Assembly: GCA_003331545.1 (NCBI GenBank)
Contig: QOPC01000002.1
Location: 14,518 to 78,517, forward strand
Reading direction: 5' to 3'
Source: SAR86 cluster bacterium
GTDB taxonomy: Bacteria; Pseudomonadota; Gammaproteobacteria; Magnimaribacterales; D2472
Length of the DNA stretch: 64,000 nt
Shown here: piece after piece, positions 17,758 to 28,066 of the stretch
How the letters are laid out: each line of letters opens with the position of its first letter
How positions within the stretch are numbered: position 1 is the first letter of the stretch
Notes under the pieces: generated by a model
Database searches by the model: none
What the model was told of the DNA's origin: nothing
Seen by the model: the letters and a program-made list of their open reading frames with translations, nothing else
Program-made: the position numbers and the translations under genes

Positions 17758-18513
17758 TTATTTAACCTTAATTTTATTGAAGACATTTGCAATTGACGCA
17801 AACTCTTTACCATCAAGTGAAGCGCCACCAATCAAAGCACCATCAATATTTTTTTGTTCAAACAATGATGCTGCATTAGTAATGCTCACACTACCTCCAT
17901 ACAAAACAGATGCTAAGTCTATTTTTGGAAACCGAGATTGTACTACATCTTTAATCATTTCATGAACTGAATTTATTTCCTCTGGGGTCGGTGTTTGACC
18001 AGAGCCAATTGCCCAGACAGGCTCATATGCAATAATCAGTGAGGTAGTCTCAATGCTGCCTTTAAGCGCCCCTAGAATTTGCTGATGTAGAATTTCGTGA
18101 GTAATATTATCTTGGTATTCTTCAGCTGATTCTCCAATGCATAATATTGGTACTAAAGAATATCTGTTAGCCTGAATTAACTTTTTTGATATGGCTTGAT
18201 TTGACTCATGAAACAAAGTTCTTCTTTCAGAATGACCAACGATAGTAAATCCGCATCCAAGGTCTTTGATCATAGAAGCAGAGATTTCACCAGTTCGCGC
18301 GCCAGAGTCTTCTTCATCAATGTTTTGAGCGCCAAGGCAAATATTATTTTTACCAAGAAGACCTCTTAAATGATCTATGTACATTGAAGGGGGAGCGATA
18401 CCTAATGAAGAAAAATCATGGCTGTTAAAATATTTAAAAAAATTAGAGATCCACTTTTGATTAAATTCTTTTGAACCGTTAAGTTTCCAATTTGCTATTA
18501 AGCGTAATGACAT
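17758..18513 (-). CDS. tpiA: Triosephosphate isomerase
   Basis: 251 aa. Motifs ANWKLNG, VGHSERR, AYEPVWAIGSG and GGASL. Confidence 0.96.
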   Translation of the reverse strand: MSLRLIANWKLNGSKEFNQKWISNFFKYFNSHDFSSLGIAPPSMYIDHLRGLLGKNNICLGAQNIDEEDSGARTGEISASMIKDLGCGFTIVGHSERRTLFHESNQAISKKLIQANRYSLVPILCIGESAEEYQDNITHEILHQQILGALKGSIETTSLIIAYEPVWAIGSGQTPTPEEINSVHEMIKDVVQSRFPKIDLASVLYGGSVSITNAASLFEQKNIDGALIGGASLDGKEFASIANVFNKIKVK

Positions 18514-18516
18514 AAG

Positions 18517-19839
18517 TTATTGCATCTTTTTGAACATGGTAGCGATATCTTTTGCATATTTTGTTGCAGTTTTTTCATCATCTGATTCAACCATGACTCT
18601 AATTTTATTTTCAGTACCAGATGGTCTTACGAGCACTCTTCCGACTGTTAAATCTGATTCGATTTCTTTTATCTTTCTTTGAATTGAAGCATCAGAGAGG
18701 ATATCTTTATTTGGAACTACAACATTAATATTGATTTGAGGCATTTTTGCGTAGTTGCGAAGAATTTCTTTAGGATCTTTTTCTAAAATCAATAGTGAGG
18801 ATATAACTTTTAAAGCAGCGATAGTTCCATCTCCAGTGCTGACTAAATCTCTGCAAATAATATGACCTGATGGTTCTCCACCAAGCATCCAGCCTTCTTT
18901 TTGAAGCACTTGACTCACATATTTATCACCAACATCAGCTCTTTTAAATTTATATCCTAATTTTTTAACACCTTCTTCAAAGCCAAGGTTTGTCATAAGG
19001 GTTCCGACAATACCAGACCATGGACCTGTTCTATTGGGGTTAGCGTAAGCAAGGATGTACATTATGTCGTCACCATCTAATATATTTCCTTTTTTATCGA
19101 TTAAAACGACTCTATCCCCATCTCCGTCCAATGCAATTCCAAAATCTGCTCTTTGCCTTATGACTTCCTCTTTGATCATTTCAGGATGCGTAGATCCACA
19201 TTCACGATTAATATTATATCCATCAGGGTCAGTTCCTATTGAAATCACTTCTGCACCAAGTTCTCTCAGCACTGAAGGGCTGACCTTGTAGCATGCACCG
19301 TTAGCACAATCTAATACTATTCTTAGTGATTCAAAAGAAACATCTGGTGGAACAGTTGACTTGCAGAATTCAATATATCTGTCTCCAGATTCGTCGAACC
19401 TTCTTGCTTTTCCTAGGTCTGCTGTTGGAACTGGTTTCAACTCACCTTCAAGCAATTTTTCAATTCTTTTTTCTACCTCTTTTGAAATCTTCTCTCCAGT
19501 GCCTGCAAATAACTTAATTCCATTATCTTGATAGTCATTATGAGAAGCGCTTATCACCAGTCCAAATTGATTTCTTAAAGATCTTGTAAGATAAGCTACA
19601 CCTGGAGTTGGTAATGGGCCAAGCAATCTTACATTTACACCAGAAGCTATAAATCCAGCCTGAAGTGCTGATTCAAGCATATATCCTGAGACTCTCGTAT
19701 CTTTTCCAATCAATACAGTGTCCCAGCCCATATCCTTAAGAACAATTCCTGCAGCGTGGCCAATTCTTAGACATACTTCAGGAGTGATTTCAGATTCAAC
19801 GGGGCCACGAATTCCATCCGTCCCAAATTTAATGCTCAT
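18517..19839 (-). CDS. glmM: Phosphoglucosamine mutase
   Basis: 440 aa. N-terminal FGTDGIRG, active-site Ser loop SASHNDYQDNGIK, and metal loop DGDGDR. Confidence 0.96.
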   Translation of the reverse strand: MSIKFGTDGIRGPVESEITPEVCLRIGHAAGIVLKDMGWDTVLIGKDTRVSGYMLESALQAGFIASGVNVRLLGPLPTPGVAYLTRSLRNQFGLVISASHNDYQDNGIKLFAGTGEKISKEVEKRIEKLLEGELKPVPTADLGKARRFDESGDRYIEFCKSTVPPDVSFESLRIVLDCANGACYKVSPSVLRELGAEVISIGTDPDGYNINRECGSTHPEMIKEEVIRQRADFGIALDGDGDRVVLIDKKGNILDGDDIMYILAYANPNRTGPWSGIVGTLMTNLGFEEGVKKLGYKFKRADVGDKYVSQVLQKEGWMLGGEPSGHIICRDLVSTGDGTIAALKVISSLLILEKDPKEILRNYAKMPQININVVVPNKDILSDASIQRKIKEIESDLTVGRVLVRPSGTENKIRVMVESDDEKTATKYAKDIATMFKKMQ

Positions 19840-19848
19840 GGAGAAAGA

Positions 19849-21762
19849 TTATAACTCTTCTGCAGGGCCTTTAATGGAAGTTTTTTTAGATGTTTTCTTT
19901 TTAGGGGTTTTGGGCTCATCCCAGTCTTTGGGAGCTCTTGGTTTTGCTCCAGCCATAATGTCATCTATTTGATCTGAATCAATTGTTTCATATGTCAGAA
20001 GTGAATCAGCCATAGTGTGTAATTTATCAAGATTATCATTTAGTAACTTAGTAGCTTTTTTATAATTTACATCAATAATCTTTCTAACTTCAGTGTCTAT
20101 GCTATTAGATGTCTCGCCCCCAATTCCCTTAGGAGCCATTGATGCAGACCTTCCTAAGAAGGGACTAGAGTCATCTTCACCATACTTAAGAGGGCCTAAA
20201 TCAGATAATCCCCACTTTGTAACCATGTTTGTTGCTATTCCAGTTGCAACTTCGATGTCATTCGATGCTCCTGTGGTGATACCGTCTTTACCATTAATGA
20301 TTTCTTCAGCAATTCTGCCGCCAAAAAGAGTTGCTATTCTGCTATGAAGATAAGTTTTACTCTGCATATATCTATCTTCTTCAGGTAAAAACATCGTTAC
20401 TCCAAGAGCTCTTCCTCTTGGGATAATAGTAACTTTATAAACTGGATCATGTTCGGGCGTTAAACGTCCTACAATTGCATGTCCTGCTTCATGATAAGCA
20501 GTAATTCTCTTTTGCTCATCTGTCATAATCATTGATTTACGTTCTGGGCCCATCATAATTTTATCTTTGGCAAGATCTAAATGACTTTGCTCAACTTTTT
20601 TATCACCATATCTGGCAGCGAATAATGCAGCCTCATTGATAAGGTTTGCCAGATCGGCTCCAGAAAATCCTGGAGTACCTCTTGCAATAACCGATGCATC
20701 TACATCCTTTGAAAGTGGAATCTTTCTCATATGAACTTTAAGGATTTGCTCTCTTCCTCTAATGTCTGGAAGATCAACCACCACTTGCCTATCAAATCGG
20801 CCAGGTCTGAGGAGCGCAGGATCAAGAACATCAGGTCTGTTGGTTGCAGCAACAACAATAACTCCATCATTTCCATCAAAACCATCCATCTCAACAAGTA
20901 ACTGATTTAATGTTTGCTCTCTTTCATCATGACCACCGCCCATGCCTGCACCTCTATGACGACCAACAGCATCTATCTCATCAATAAACACAATGCATGG
21001 AGAATTTTTTTGTGCTTGCTCAAACATATCTCTGACTCTTGACGCACCAACACCAACAAACATTTCAACAAAATCTGACCCTGATATTGAGAAGAAGGGA
21101 ACTTTAGCCTCACCTGCAATGGCTCTAGCTAAAAGAGTTTTACCAGTGCCTGGAGGGCCAACCATCAAAACTCCTCTAGGGATTTTTCCACCAAGTTTTT
21201 GAAATTTAGTTGGATCTCTTAAAAAATCTACGAGCTCTTGAACATCTTGTTTAGCTTCTTCACATCCAGCAACATCGTCAAAAGTAGTAGTAACTTTGCC
21301 GCCTTCCATAAGTTTTGCTTTACTCTTACCAAAGGCCATTGGACCTCCTCTACCAGACATGCCGCCTTGCATCTGGCGCATGAAAAAGAAGAATATTCCA
21401 AGAAGTAATAAAATTGGAAAAGCACCGACTAGAAGTTGGGACCAAATTGATGGTTGTTCAACGCTCTCAAAAACTGTAACGACTCCAAGTTCCTCTATTG
21501 CATTATCAACAGATTCATCTCTTTTATATATGGGATGACGTGTTTCAACTCTTGTACCATCAAGGCGCTCACCAAAAATAGTCATTTGGTCACCCTTATA
21601 AATAACCTTGGCCATACGATCGGATAAAACTTCTTGTTTAAATTGACTGTAAGAAATCATTTCTCTTTTAGAAGAAGATCCGTTTTCAACGTTGTTGAAG
21701 ATAAAGATAAGAGCCGAGCCTAACAAAACCCAAACTAAAGCATTTTTAAAAACTGAATTCAT
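19849..21762 (-). CDS. ftsH: ATP-dependent zinc metalloprotease FtsH
   Basis: 637 aa. Two N-terminal TM helices, Walker [12 protein letters not shown] region, and zinc motif HEAGHA. Confidence 0.98.
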   Translation of the reverse strand: MNSVFKNALVWVLLGSALIFIFNNVENGSSSKREMISYSQFKQEVLSDRMAKVIYKGDQMTIFGERLDGTRVETRHPIYKRDESVDNAIEELGVVTVFESVEQPSIWSQLLVGAFPILLLLGIFFFFMRQMQGGMSGRGGPMAFGKSKAKLMEGGKVTTTFDDVAGCEEAKQDVQELVDFLRDPTKFQKLGGKIPRGVLMVGPPGTGKTLLARAIAGEAKVPFFSISGSDFVEMFVGVGASRVRDMFEQAQKNSPCIVFIDEIDAVGRHRGAGMGGGHDEREQTLNQLLVEMDGFDGNDGVIVVAATNRPDVLDPALLRPGRFDRQVVVDLPDIRGREQILKVHMRKIPLSKDVDASVIARGTPGFSGADLANLINEAALFAARYGDKKVEQSHLDLAKDKIMMGPERKSMIMTDEQKRITAYHEAGHAIVGRLTPEHDPVYKVTIIPRGRALGVTMFLPEEDRYMQSKTYLHSRIATLFGGRIAEEIINGKDGITTGASNDIEVATGIATNMVTKWGLSDLGPLKYGEDDSSPFLGRSASMAPKGIGGETSNSIDTEVRKIIDVNYKKATKLLNDNLDKLHTMADSLLTYETIDSDQIDDIMAGAKPRAPKDWDEPKTPKKKTSKKTSIKGPAEEL

Positions 21763-22331
21763 AATGGCTTTTCTCCAAATAAATAAATCTCACCTGATTT
21801 GCTTTTTGATGCAGCAGGCTTGTAAGTTTGAACTAAATGAAAGCACTTTTCCATTTCTGTTCTAAATCTTTTTAACAAACTATTTTGAAACGTTTTGATG
21901 ATAAAGGAACCATTATATCTATTTAGGTAAATAGACGCCGTTCTTAGGGTCTCAATATTAAGGTCGAATATCTTCTCTTCATCAACCGCTCTTATACCTG
22001 ATAAATTTGGGGCTAAATCTGAAATAACAAGGTCAAATCTTAATTTTAAAGAATAAATTTCAGGAATTTTGTGAATATTAATAAGGTCTTCTTGAAAAAA
22101 AAATACATCCTTCACTGGATCCATCGGCAAAAGATCGATTGCATAAACGCTAGCTGCAGGAGCCATAGCTTTTATTAACTCAGACCATCCTCCAGGCGCT
22201 GATCCTATATCAAGCACAAGACTATCACTATGAAGACTATTGGTTTTTTTTAAAATTTCCTCTAATTTAAAAACTGCACGGGAACGAAATCCTAGTTTTT
22301 TAGCTCTAAGTGCCCACGAATCAGCATGCAT
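21759..22331 (-). CDS. rlmE: 23S rRNA (uridine2552-2'-O)-methyltransferase
   Basis: 190 aa. [11 protein letters not shown] and SAM-binding [10 protein letters not shown]. 4-nt overlap with ftsH. The N-terminus looks short, so the true start may be an upstream non-ATG codon. Confidence 0.9.
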   Translation of the reverse strand: MHADSWALRAKKLGFRSRAVFKLEEILKKTNSLHSDSLVLDIGSAPGGWSELIKAMAPAASVYAIDLLPMDPVKDVFFFQEDLINIHKIPEIYSLKLRFDLVISDLAPNLSGIRAVDEEKIFDLNIETLRTASIYLNRYNGSFIIKTFQNSLLKRFRTEMEKCFHLVQTYKPAASKSKSGEIYLFGEKPL

Positions 22332-22336
22332 ATTTA

Positions 22337-22813
22337 TTAAAGATGCTGAACCTTTTCAATTTCAAAATCGATAGCTCCAGATGGAGTTGTAATTGAAACC
22401 TCATCGCCAACATTTTTTCCTATTAAACCCTGAGCTATTGGTGTTTGAATCGAGATCAATCCAGCTTCAGGATCAGACTCTAAATTACCTACAATCTTAT
22501 AAGTTATAGATTTATTATTTGCAATATCAAATAAATCTATCGTTGCTCCAAAAACAACTCTTCCAGTTTCAGGTATATCTTTTACATCAATAACCTGAGC
22601 GTTTCCAAGAGCATGTTCAATCTCTTGAATCTTGGCTTCAATGAATCCCTGTTGTTCTTTTGCAGCATGATACTCAGCATTTTCTTTTAAATCTCCATGA
22701 GCTCTAGCGTCTGCAATGGCCTGCGAAATATCAGGCCTATCCTTTGTTTTTAATTGACGCAGCTTTTCTACGAGATCTTTTTCTCCTGCTTTTGTTATCG
22801 GAATTTTTTCCAT
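22337..22813 (-). CDS. greA: Transcription elongation factor GreA
   Basis: 158 aa with [20 protein letters not shown] in the coiled-coil and a GreA C-terminal domain. Confidence 0.95.
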   Translation of the reverse strand: MEKIPITKAGEKDLVEKLRQLKTKDRPDISQAIADARAHGDLKENAEYHAAKEQQGFIEAKIQEIEHALGNAQVIDVKDIPETGRVVFGATIDLFDIANNKSITYKIVGNLESDPEAGLISIQTPIAQGLIGKNVGDEVSITTPSGAIDFEIEKVQHL

Positions 22814-22839
22814 AAAGAAATTATATCAAATGAAATAAA

Positions 22840-25800
22840 TTAGTTTATTTCTTGCAAGGAATGATAGATCCAGTGCTTAGAATTTTTGTTCATTGCTTCC
22901 AAAATTGCAAAAGCTCCAAAAATTGTAGTGATGCAAAATAATTTATTTTGTAAAGCAGTTCTTCTAATAGACGCAGAATCTTCAATAGATTGTCGTCCCT
23001 CAGTAGTGTTGATTAATAAGTTGACCTTATTATTTAATAATTCATCTACTATGTGAGGTCTTCCTTCGTTGACTTTATTAATAAATGAAGACTTGTATCC
23101 AAGTTTATTAATTGCTTCAGCGGTTCCTTTGGTAGAAATTAACTCAAAGCCTTGATCTATAAGCAAAGGTATTAAATCTGGAAGGTATTTTTTATCTGAT
23201 TCTTTAACACTCACAAAGGCTAACCCAGAATCAGGAACAATTTTATTGGCAGCTTTTTGAGCTTTTGCATATGCTTCTCCAAAACTCAAGCCAATTCCCA
23301 TTACCTCTCCAGTAGATTTCATTTCTGGGCCAAGAATAGGATCGACAGCCGGAAACTTATCAAAAGGTAAGACAGCTTCCTTCACAAAAAAATAATTTTT
23401 TGGTAAAGCATTAGAAAAAGAAGTTTCTTGCAGGGACTTACCCACCATAGTTTTGGTAGCCAACTTTACCAAGGACTGGCCCAAGCATTTAGATATAAAC
23501 GGAACAGTTCTCGAGGCTCTAGGATTTACTTCTATAATAAAAACAGTCATATCTTGAACAGCAAATTGAATATTCATTAATCCAACAACATTGAGCTCAG
23601 CAGCAATTTTTTTTGCCTGTTTTTCTATTTCTTCAAGCACTTGTTTTGAAAGACTATATGGCGGCAAAGAACACGCTGAGTCACCAGAATGAATTCCTGC
23701 TTGCTCAATATGTTGTAAAATACCTCCAATCTGAATCTCACTTCCATCGGAAATTACATCAACATCAACCTCAATAGCATCTGTTAAATATCCATCTAAT
23801 AAAATTGGTTTTTTGTCTGAAACCTCAACGGCTTCTTTTAAGTATTTCTCTAGCTCTGTCTTCGTATGAACAAGCTCCATAGCTCTTCCACCTAAAACAT
23901 ATGAGGGTCTTACTACAATTGGAAATCCAATGTCATCTGAAACTTTAATTGCTTCTTCAAGGTTTTTAACAGTACTGTTAGGAGGCTGTTTAAGGTTTAA
24001 TTGATTCGCAAGAGATTGAAATCTCTCTCTATCCTCTGATCTATCTATGGCATCAACATCAGTTCCAAGAATCTTTACATTGTTTGATAAGAGAGTCTCT
24101 GAAAGCTTAAGCGGTGTTTGTCCTCCAAATTGGATTATGACTCCCTCAGGCTGTTCTAAATCAATAATATCTAATACTTTTTCTTCTGTTATTGGCTCAA
24201 AATACAATCTATCAGATGTATCATAATCAGTTGAAACTGTTTCAGGATTGCAATTAATCATAATTGATTCAAAGCCCTCTTCTTGAAGAGCAAAGGATGC
24301 ATGAACACAACAATAATCAAATTCTATACCTTGACCAATCCTGTTTGGACCGCTCCCTAGAACAACAACTTTTTTATTTTTAGTGGGACGAGATTCACAT
24401 TCACCTTCGTAGGCTGAATACATGTAAGCTGTTTCAGTTGCAAATTCCGCTGCACAAGTGTCTACCCTCTTAAAAGAAGGCATAACTCCAAGTTTTTTCC
24501 TTGCCTTTCTTACATCAATAGCATTTGATCTTGTGAGATCAGCAATTCTTTGATCAGCAAATCCTTTTTGTTTAAGATTTAACATTTTGCTGAAGTCTAT
24601 ATCCTGGAGATGCATATCTTGCAGAATATTTTCTTCATTAACTAAATCTATTATTTGGTGTAAATACCAAAAGTCCATTCCAGTCAATTGATTGATTTCC
24701 TCAGCACTCCAACCCAGCCTTATTGCATCAGCCACATAAAGAATTCTTTTGCAACCAGGAAATGTAAGCTGGTAACGCAAAGCTTCATTTTGATTCATCG
24801 TATGATCTAGAATGCTTTCAAAGCCATGCATGTCCTCTTCTAGGCTTTGAAGAGCTTTTTGCAGGGATTCCTGAAACGTTCTTCCGATTCCCATTACTTC
24901 TCCGACAGATTTCATTTGAGTGGTGAGTCGATCATCTGCTTGAGGGAATTTCTCAAAAGCAAATTTAGGAATTTTAGTAACGATATAATCAATTGAAGGC
25001 TCAAAAGAAGCTGGAGTTAAACCATTGGTTATATCATTTTGAAGTTCATCTAGACTAAACCCAACGGATAAAAGGGCAGCAACCTTTGCAATCGGAAAAC
25101 CTGTTGCTTTTGAGGCTAAGGCTGAAGAGCGACTTACTCTTGGATTCATCTCAATTACAACCACTCTTCCAGTTTCTGGGCAAATCCCAAATTGAACATT
25201 GCTTCCACCAGTTTCAACTCCAATTTCTCTTAAGATCCTGAAAGATTGGTCTCGCAGCACTTGGTATTCTTTATCAGTAAGTGTCTGAGCAGGGGCAATT
25301 GTGATTGAGTCTCCAGTGTGAACGCCCATTGGATCAAGATTTTCTATTGAGCAAATTATGATGCAATTATCATTTTTGTCGCGTACTACTTCTAGTTCAT
25401 ATTCTTTCCAACCAAGCAAAGATTCATCAATTAGCAACTCAGTTGTTGGAGACAAATCCAGGCCCTTTTCACATATCTCTTTGAATTCTTGAATATTGTA
25501 GGCAACACCTCCACCAGAGCCACCCAATGTAAAAGAAGGACGAATAATGCATGGAAAACCAAGTTTCTCTTGAACAATCAGAGCTTCCTCCATTGAGTGA
25601 GCTATGCCAGATCTTGGAGTTTCTATTCCAATCCCTTTCATGGTTTTATCAAATAACTCTCTGTCTTCAGCTTTATCAATTGCTTCTCTTGAAGCCCCAA
25701 TTAATTCAACATTGTATTTTTTTAAAATACCTTTTTTTGCTAAGGTAAGAGCTGTATTAAGTCCAGTCTGACCCCCCATTGTCGGAAGCAATGCATCAGG

Positions 25801-26046
25801 GCGTTCTTTTTCTATAATTTTTTCAACTGATTCCCAGTGAATGGGCTCTACATAAGTAGCATCAGCCAACAAAGGATCGGTCATAATTGTGGCTGGGTTA
25901 GAGTTGACCAAAATAACTCTGTAGCCCTCTGATTTTAGAGCTTTGCAAGCTTGAGCGCCAGAATAGTCAAATTCACAAGCTTGACCTATTATTATTGGAC
26001 CAGCCCCAATAATGAGTACGGATTGAATATCAGTTCTTTTTGGCAT
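22840..26046 (-). CDS. carB: Carbamoyl-phosphate synthase large subunit
   Basis: 1068 aa. Duplicated ATP-grasp halves ([19 protein letters not shown] and [17 protein letters not shown]) and an MGS-like C-terminal domain. Confidence 0.98.
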   Translation of the reverse strand: MPKRTDIQSVLIIGAGPIIIGQACEFDYSGAQACKALKSEGYRVILVNSNPATIMTDPLLADATYVEPIHWESVEKIIEKERPDALLPTMGGQTGLNTALTLAKKGILKKYNVELIGASREAIDKAEDRELFDKTMKGIGIETPRSGIAHSMEEALIVQEKLGFPCIIRPSFTLGGSGGGVAYNIQEFKEICEKGLDLSPTTELLIDESLLGWKEYELEVVRDKNDNCIIICSIENLDPMGVHTGDSITIAPAQTLTDKEYQVLRDQSFRILREIGVETGGSNVQFGICPETGRVVVIEMNPRVSRSSALASKATGFPIAKVAALLSVGFSLDELQNDITNGLTPASFEPSIDYIVTKIPKFAFEKFPQADDRLTTQMKSVGEVMGIGRTFQESLQKALQSLEEDMHGFESILDHTMNQNEALRYQLTFPGCKRILYVADAIRLGWSAEEINQLTGMDFWYLHQIIDLVNEENILQDMHLQDIDFSKMLNLKQKGFADQRIADLTRSNAIDVRKARKKLGVMPSFKRVDTCAAEFATETAYMYSAYEGECESRPTKNKKVVVLGSGPNRIGQGIEFDYCCVHASFALQEEGFESIMINCNPETVSTDYDTSDRLYFEPITEEKVLDIIDLEQPEGVIIQFGGQTPLKLSETLLSNNVKILGTDVDAIDRSEDRERFQSLANQLNLKQPPNSTVKNLEEAIKVSDDIGFPIVVRPSYVLGGRAMELVHTKTELEKYLKEAVEVSDKKPILLDGYLTDAIEVDVDVISDGSEIQIGGILQHIEQAGIHSGDSACSLPPYSLSKQVLEEIEKQAKKIAAELNVVGLMNIQFAVQDMTVFIIEVNPRASRTVPFISKCLGQSLVKLATKTMVGKSLQETSFSNALPKNYFFVKEAVLPFDKFPAVDPILGPEMKSTGEVMGIGLSFGEAYAKAQKAANKIVPDSGLAFVSVKESDKKYLPDLIPLLIDQGFELISTKGTAEAINKLGYKSSFINKVNEGRPHIVDELLNNKVNLLINTTEGRQSIEDSASIRRTALQNKLFCITTIFGAFAILEAMNKNSKHWIYHSLQEIN

Positions 26047-27154
26047 AATCCTCGATCATTGTATTAAATTTAATAAAAAGCTCTTCTAGCTCGTGAGGTC
26101 CTGGACTGGCTTCTGGATGACCCTGAAAACTAAATGCAGGTTTATCTTTAAAGGCTATGCCTTGAAGGCTCTGATCAAAAAGTGAGACATGTGTTGGAAT
26201 AATATTATTGGGAAGGCTAGCTAATTCAACTGCAAAACCATGATTTTGACTTGTGATATATACAGTTTTAGAGGCTAAATCTTGCACAGGATGATTAGCA
26301 CCATGATGACCAAATTTCATCTTAAAAGTTTTGCATCCACCAGAAAGAGCTAGTAATTGATGGCCTAAACAAATTCCAAAAACTGGCATTTCAATTTCTA
26401 GAAGCTGCTGAATTAATTTTATCGCATAGTCACAAGGCTCAGGATCACCAGGACCATTAGATAAAAATACACCGTCAGGACTTAATTTTATTAACTCCTC
26501 AAAACTTATTTGAGCATTGACAACTTCTACTTTTCCAACATGCTTTCTTAGCAGTCTTAAAATATTTTTTTTGACTCCGTAATCAATTGCAACAATAAGT
26601 TTTTCATCTTTTACATCTTGATAATTTGGCCATGTGCCTTCTTCCCATGAAAAAGAATTTTTTGTTGAAACCTCTTTTGCAAGATCGAGGCCTTCTAAAC
26701 CACTGAATTGATTTAGAGCATCATTTGCTTCGGATAGCGATTCTTTTCCTCCAGGAGCAATGCATGCCTTAAGTGATCCATGCTCTCTTAGTTTTGCAGT
26801 AAGTGCTCTGGTATCAATATTTGAAATTCCTATTGTATTTTTTGATAGCAGAAAACTCTCCAGTGATTGATTTGCTCGCCAGTTACTATAATTTTTGGGA
26901 AGATCTTTAATAACAATTGCAGAAGCAAAAATATTATCAGACTCATTATCCTCATTATTTATGCCAGTATTACCGATATGGGGATGGGTAAAAGCAATAA
27001 TTTGTTTAGCATAGGATGGATCAGTAATAATTTCTTGATAACCTGACATTGAGGTATTAAAAACTATCTCGCCAACAGATTGTTGTTTTGATCCAAAGCC
27101 GATGCCCTCCATGACAGATCCGTCTTCAAGAACTAGAATCGCTGGAAACAGCAT
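26030..27154 (-). CDS. carA: Carbamoyl-phosphate synthase small (glutaminase) subunit
   Basis: 374 aa. Class I amidotransferase nucleophile GICLGHQLL and the HxxE region ([12 protein letters not shown]). 17-nt overlap with carB. Confidence 0.97.
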   Translation of the reverse strand: MLFPAILVLEDGSVMEGIGFGSKQQSVGEIVFNTSMSGYQEIITDPSYAKQIIAFTHPHIGNTGINNEDNESDNIFASAIVIKDLPKNYSNWRANQSLESFLLSKNTIGISNIDTRALTAKLREHGSLKACIAPGGKESLSEANDALNQFSGLEGLDLAKEVSTKNSFSWEEGTWPNYQDVKDEKLIVAIDYGVKKNILRLLRKHVGKVEVVNAQISFEELIKLSPDGVFLSNGPGDPEPCDYAIKLIQQLLEIEMPVFGICLGHQLLALSGGCKTFKMKFGHHGANHPVQDLASKTVYITSQNHGFAVELASLPNNIIPTHVSLFDQSLQGIAFKDKPAFSFQGHPEASPGPHELEELFIKFNTMIEDYAKKN

Positions 27155-27295
27155 TATTTATTCACCTCAAAAAAGGTAAAAAAGAGAACAGATAATTGCG
27201 GAAATTGGGTTTTTAATGAGCTAAAATTGTGCGCTGGCATTAAAAGGGTACTTTATATTGATAAGCCCTCAACGTCTATAAAATTAGAAAAAAAA

Positions 27296-28066
27296 ATGAA
27301 GATAAATTTAAAAAATAAGGATCAGGTTGCGCAAATGAGAATTGCTGGGCAATTAGCAGCTGAGGTATTAGAAATGATTACTCCATTTGTTATCCCAGGC
27401 GTCAGCACAGAAGAGCTTGATCAGAGATGTCATGACTTCATTGTAAACGAGCAAAATGCAATTCCAGCAAACGTTGGTTACAGTGGCTACAAGAAAACTA
27501 TTTGCTCAAGTGTTAATCAAGTAATTTGTCATGGCATTCCCTCTGAAAAAAAAATACTCAAAGATGGAGATATTCTTAATATAGATGTCACGGTAATTAG
27601 AGATGGATGGCATGGAGATACATCTAAAATGTTCATGATTGGGAAAACACAGCCTCATAATGAAAGACTTGTAAAAGTTACTCAAGAGTGCTTGTATAAA
27701 GCAATTGATGTAGTTAAACCTGGTGCTCATTTAGGTGATATAGGAGCAGCGATTCAAGAACATGCGCAAAAAAATCATTACTCAGTTGTAGAAGATTATT
27801 GCGGTCATGGAATTGGACAGGTATATCATGAAGATCCTCAAATCCTGCATTATGGCAAAGCTGGTAGGGGTTTAGAAATTCAAGAAGGAATGTGTTTCAC
27901 TATTGAGCCAATGATAAATCAAGGCTCAAAATATACGAAAATTCTCAGCGACGGCTGGACTGTCGAAACAAAAGATGGAAGAAATTCAGCTCAGTGGGAG
28001 CATACCCTCGCAGTAACTGCGTCAGGCGTGGAAGTTCTTACCAAGCGAAATGAAGAATTGTTTTGA
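27296..28066 (+). CDS. map: Type I methionine aminopeptidase
   Basis: Metal ligands in context: ILNIDVTV, DGWHGDTS, GHGIG, FTIEP and WEHT. I start at the ATG at 27296 (MKINLKNKDQVAQMR...). The 23-codon upstream extension in the track ORF has no family counterpart. Confidence 0.93.
   Translation: MKINLKNKDQVAQMRIAGQLAAEVLEMITPFVIPGVSTEELDQRCHDFIVNEQNAIPANVGYSGYKKTICSSVNQVICHGIPSEKKILKDGDILNIDVTVIRDGWHGDTSKMFMIGKTQPHNERLVKVTQECLYKAIDVVKPGAHLGDIGAAIQEHAQKNHYSVVEDYCGHGIGQVYHEDPQILHYGKAGRGLEIQEGMCFTIEPMINQGSKYTKILSDGWTVETKDGRNSAQWEHTLAVTASGVEVLTKRNEELF

Noticed and set aside
27227-27295. 23-codon N-terminal extension of map (MCAGIKRVLYIDKPSTSIKLEKK) in the track ORF.
   Set aside because: It has no counterpart in type I MetAP N-termini. 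The internal ATG at 27296 gives the canonical start (MKINLKNKDQVAQMR), and the extension would consume the carA/map divergent promoter region.
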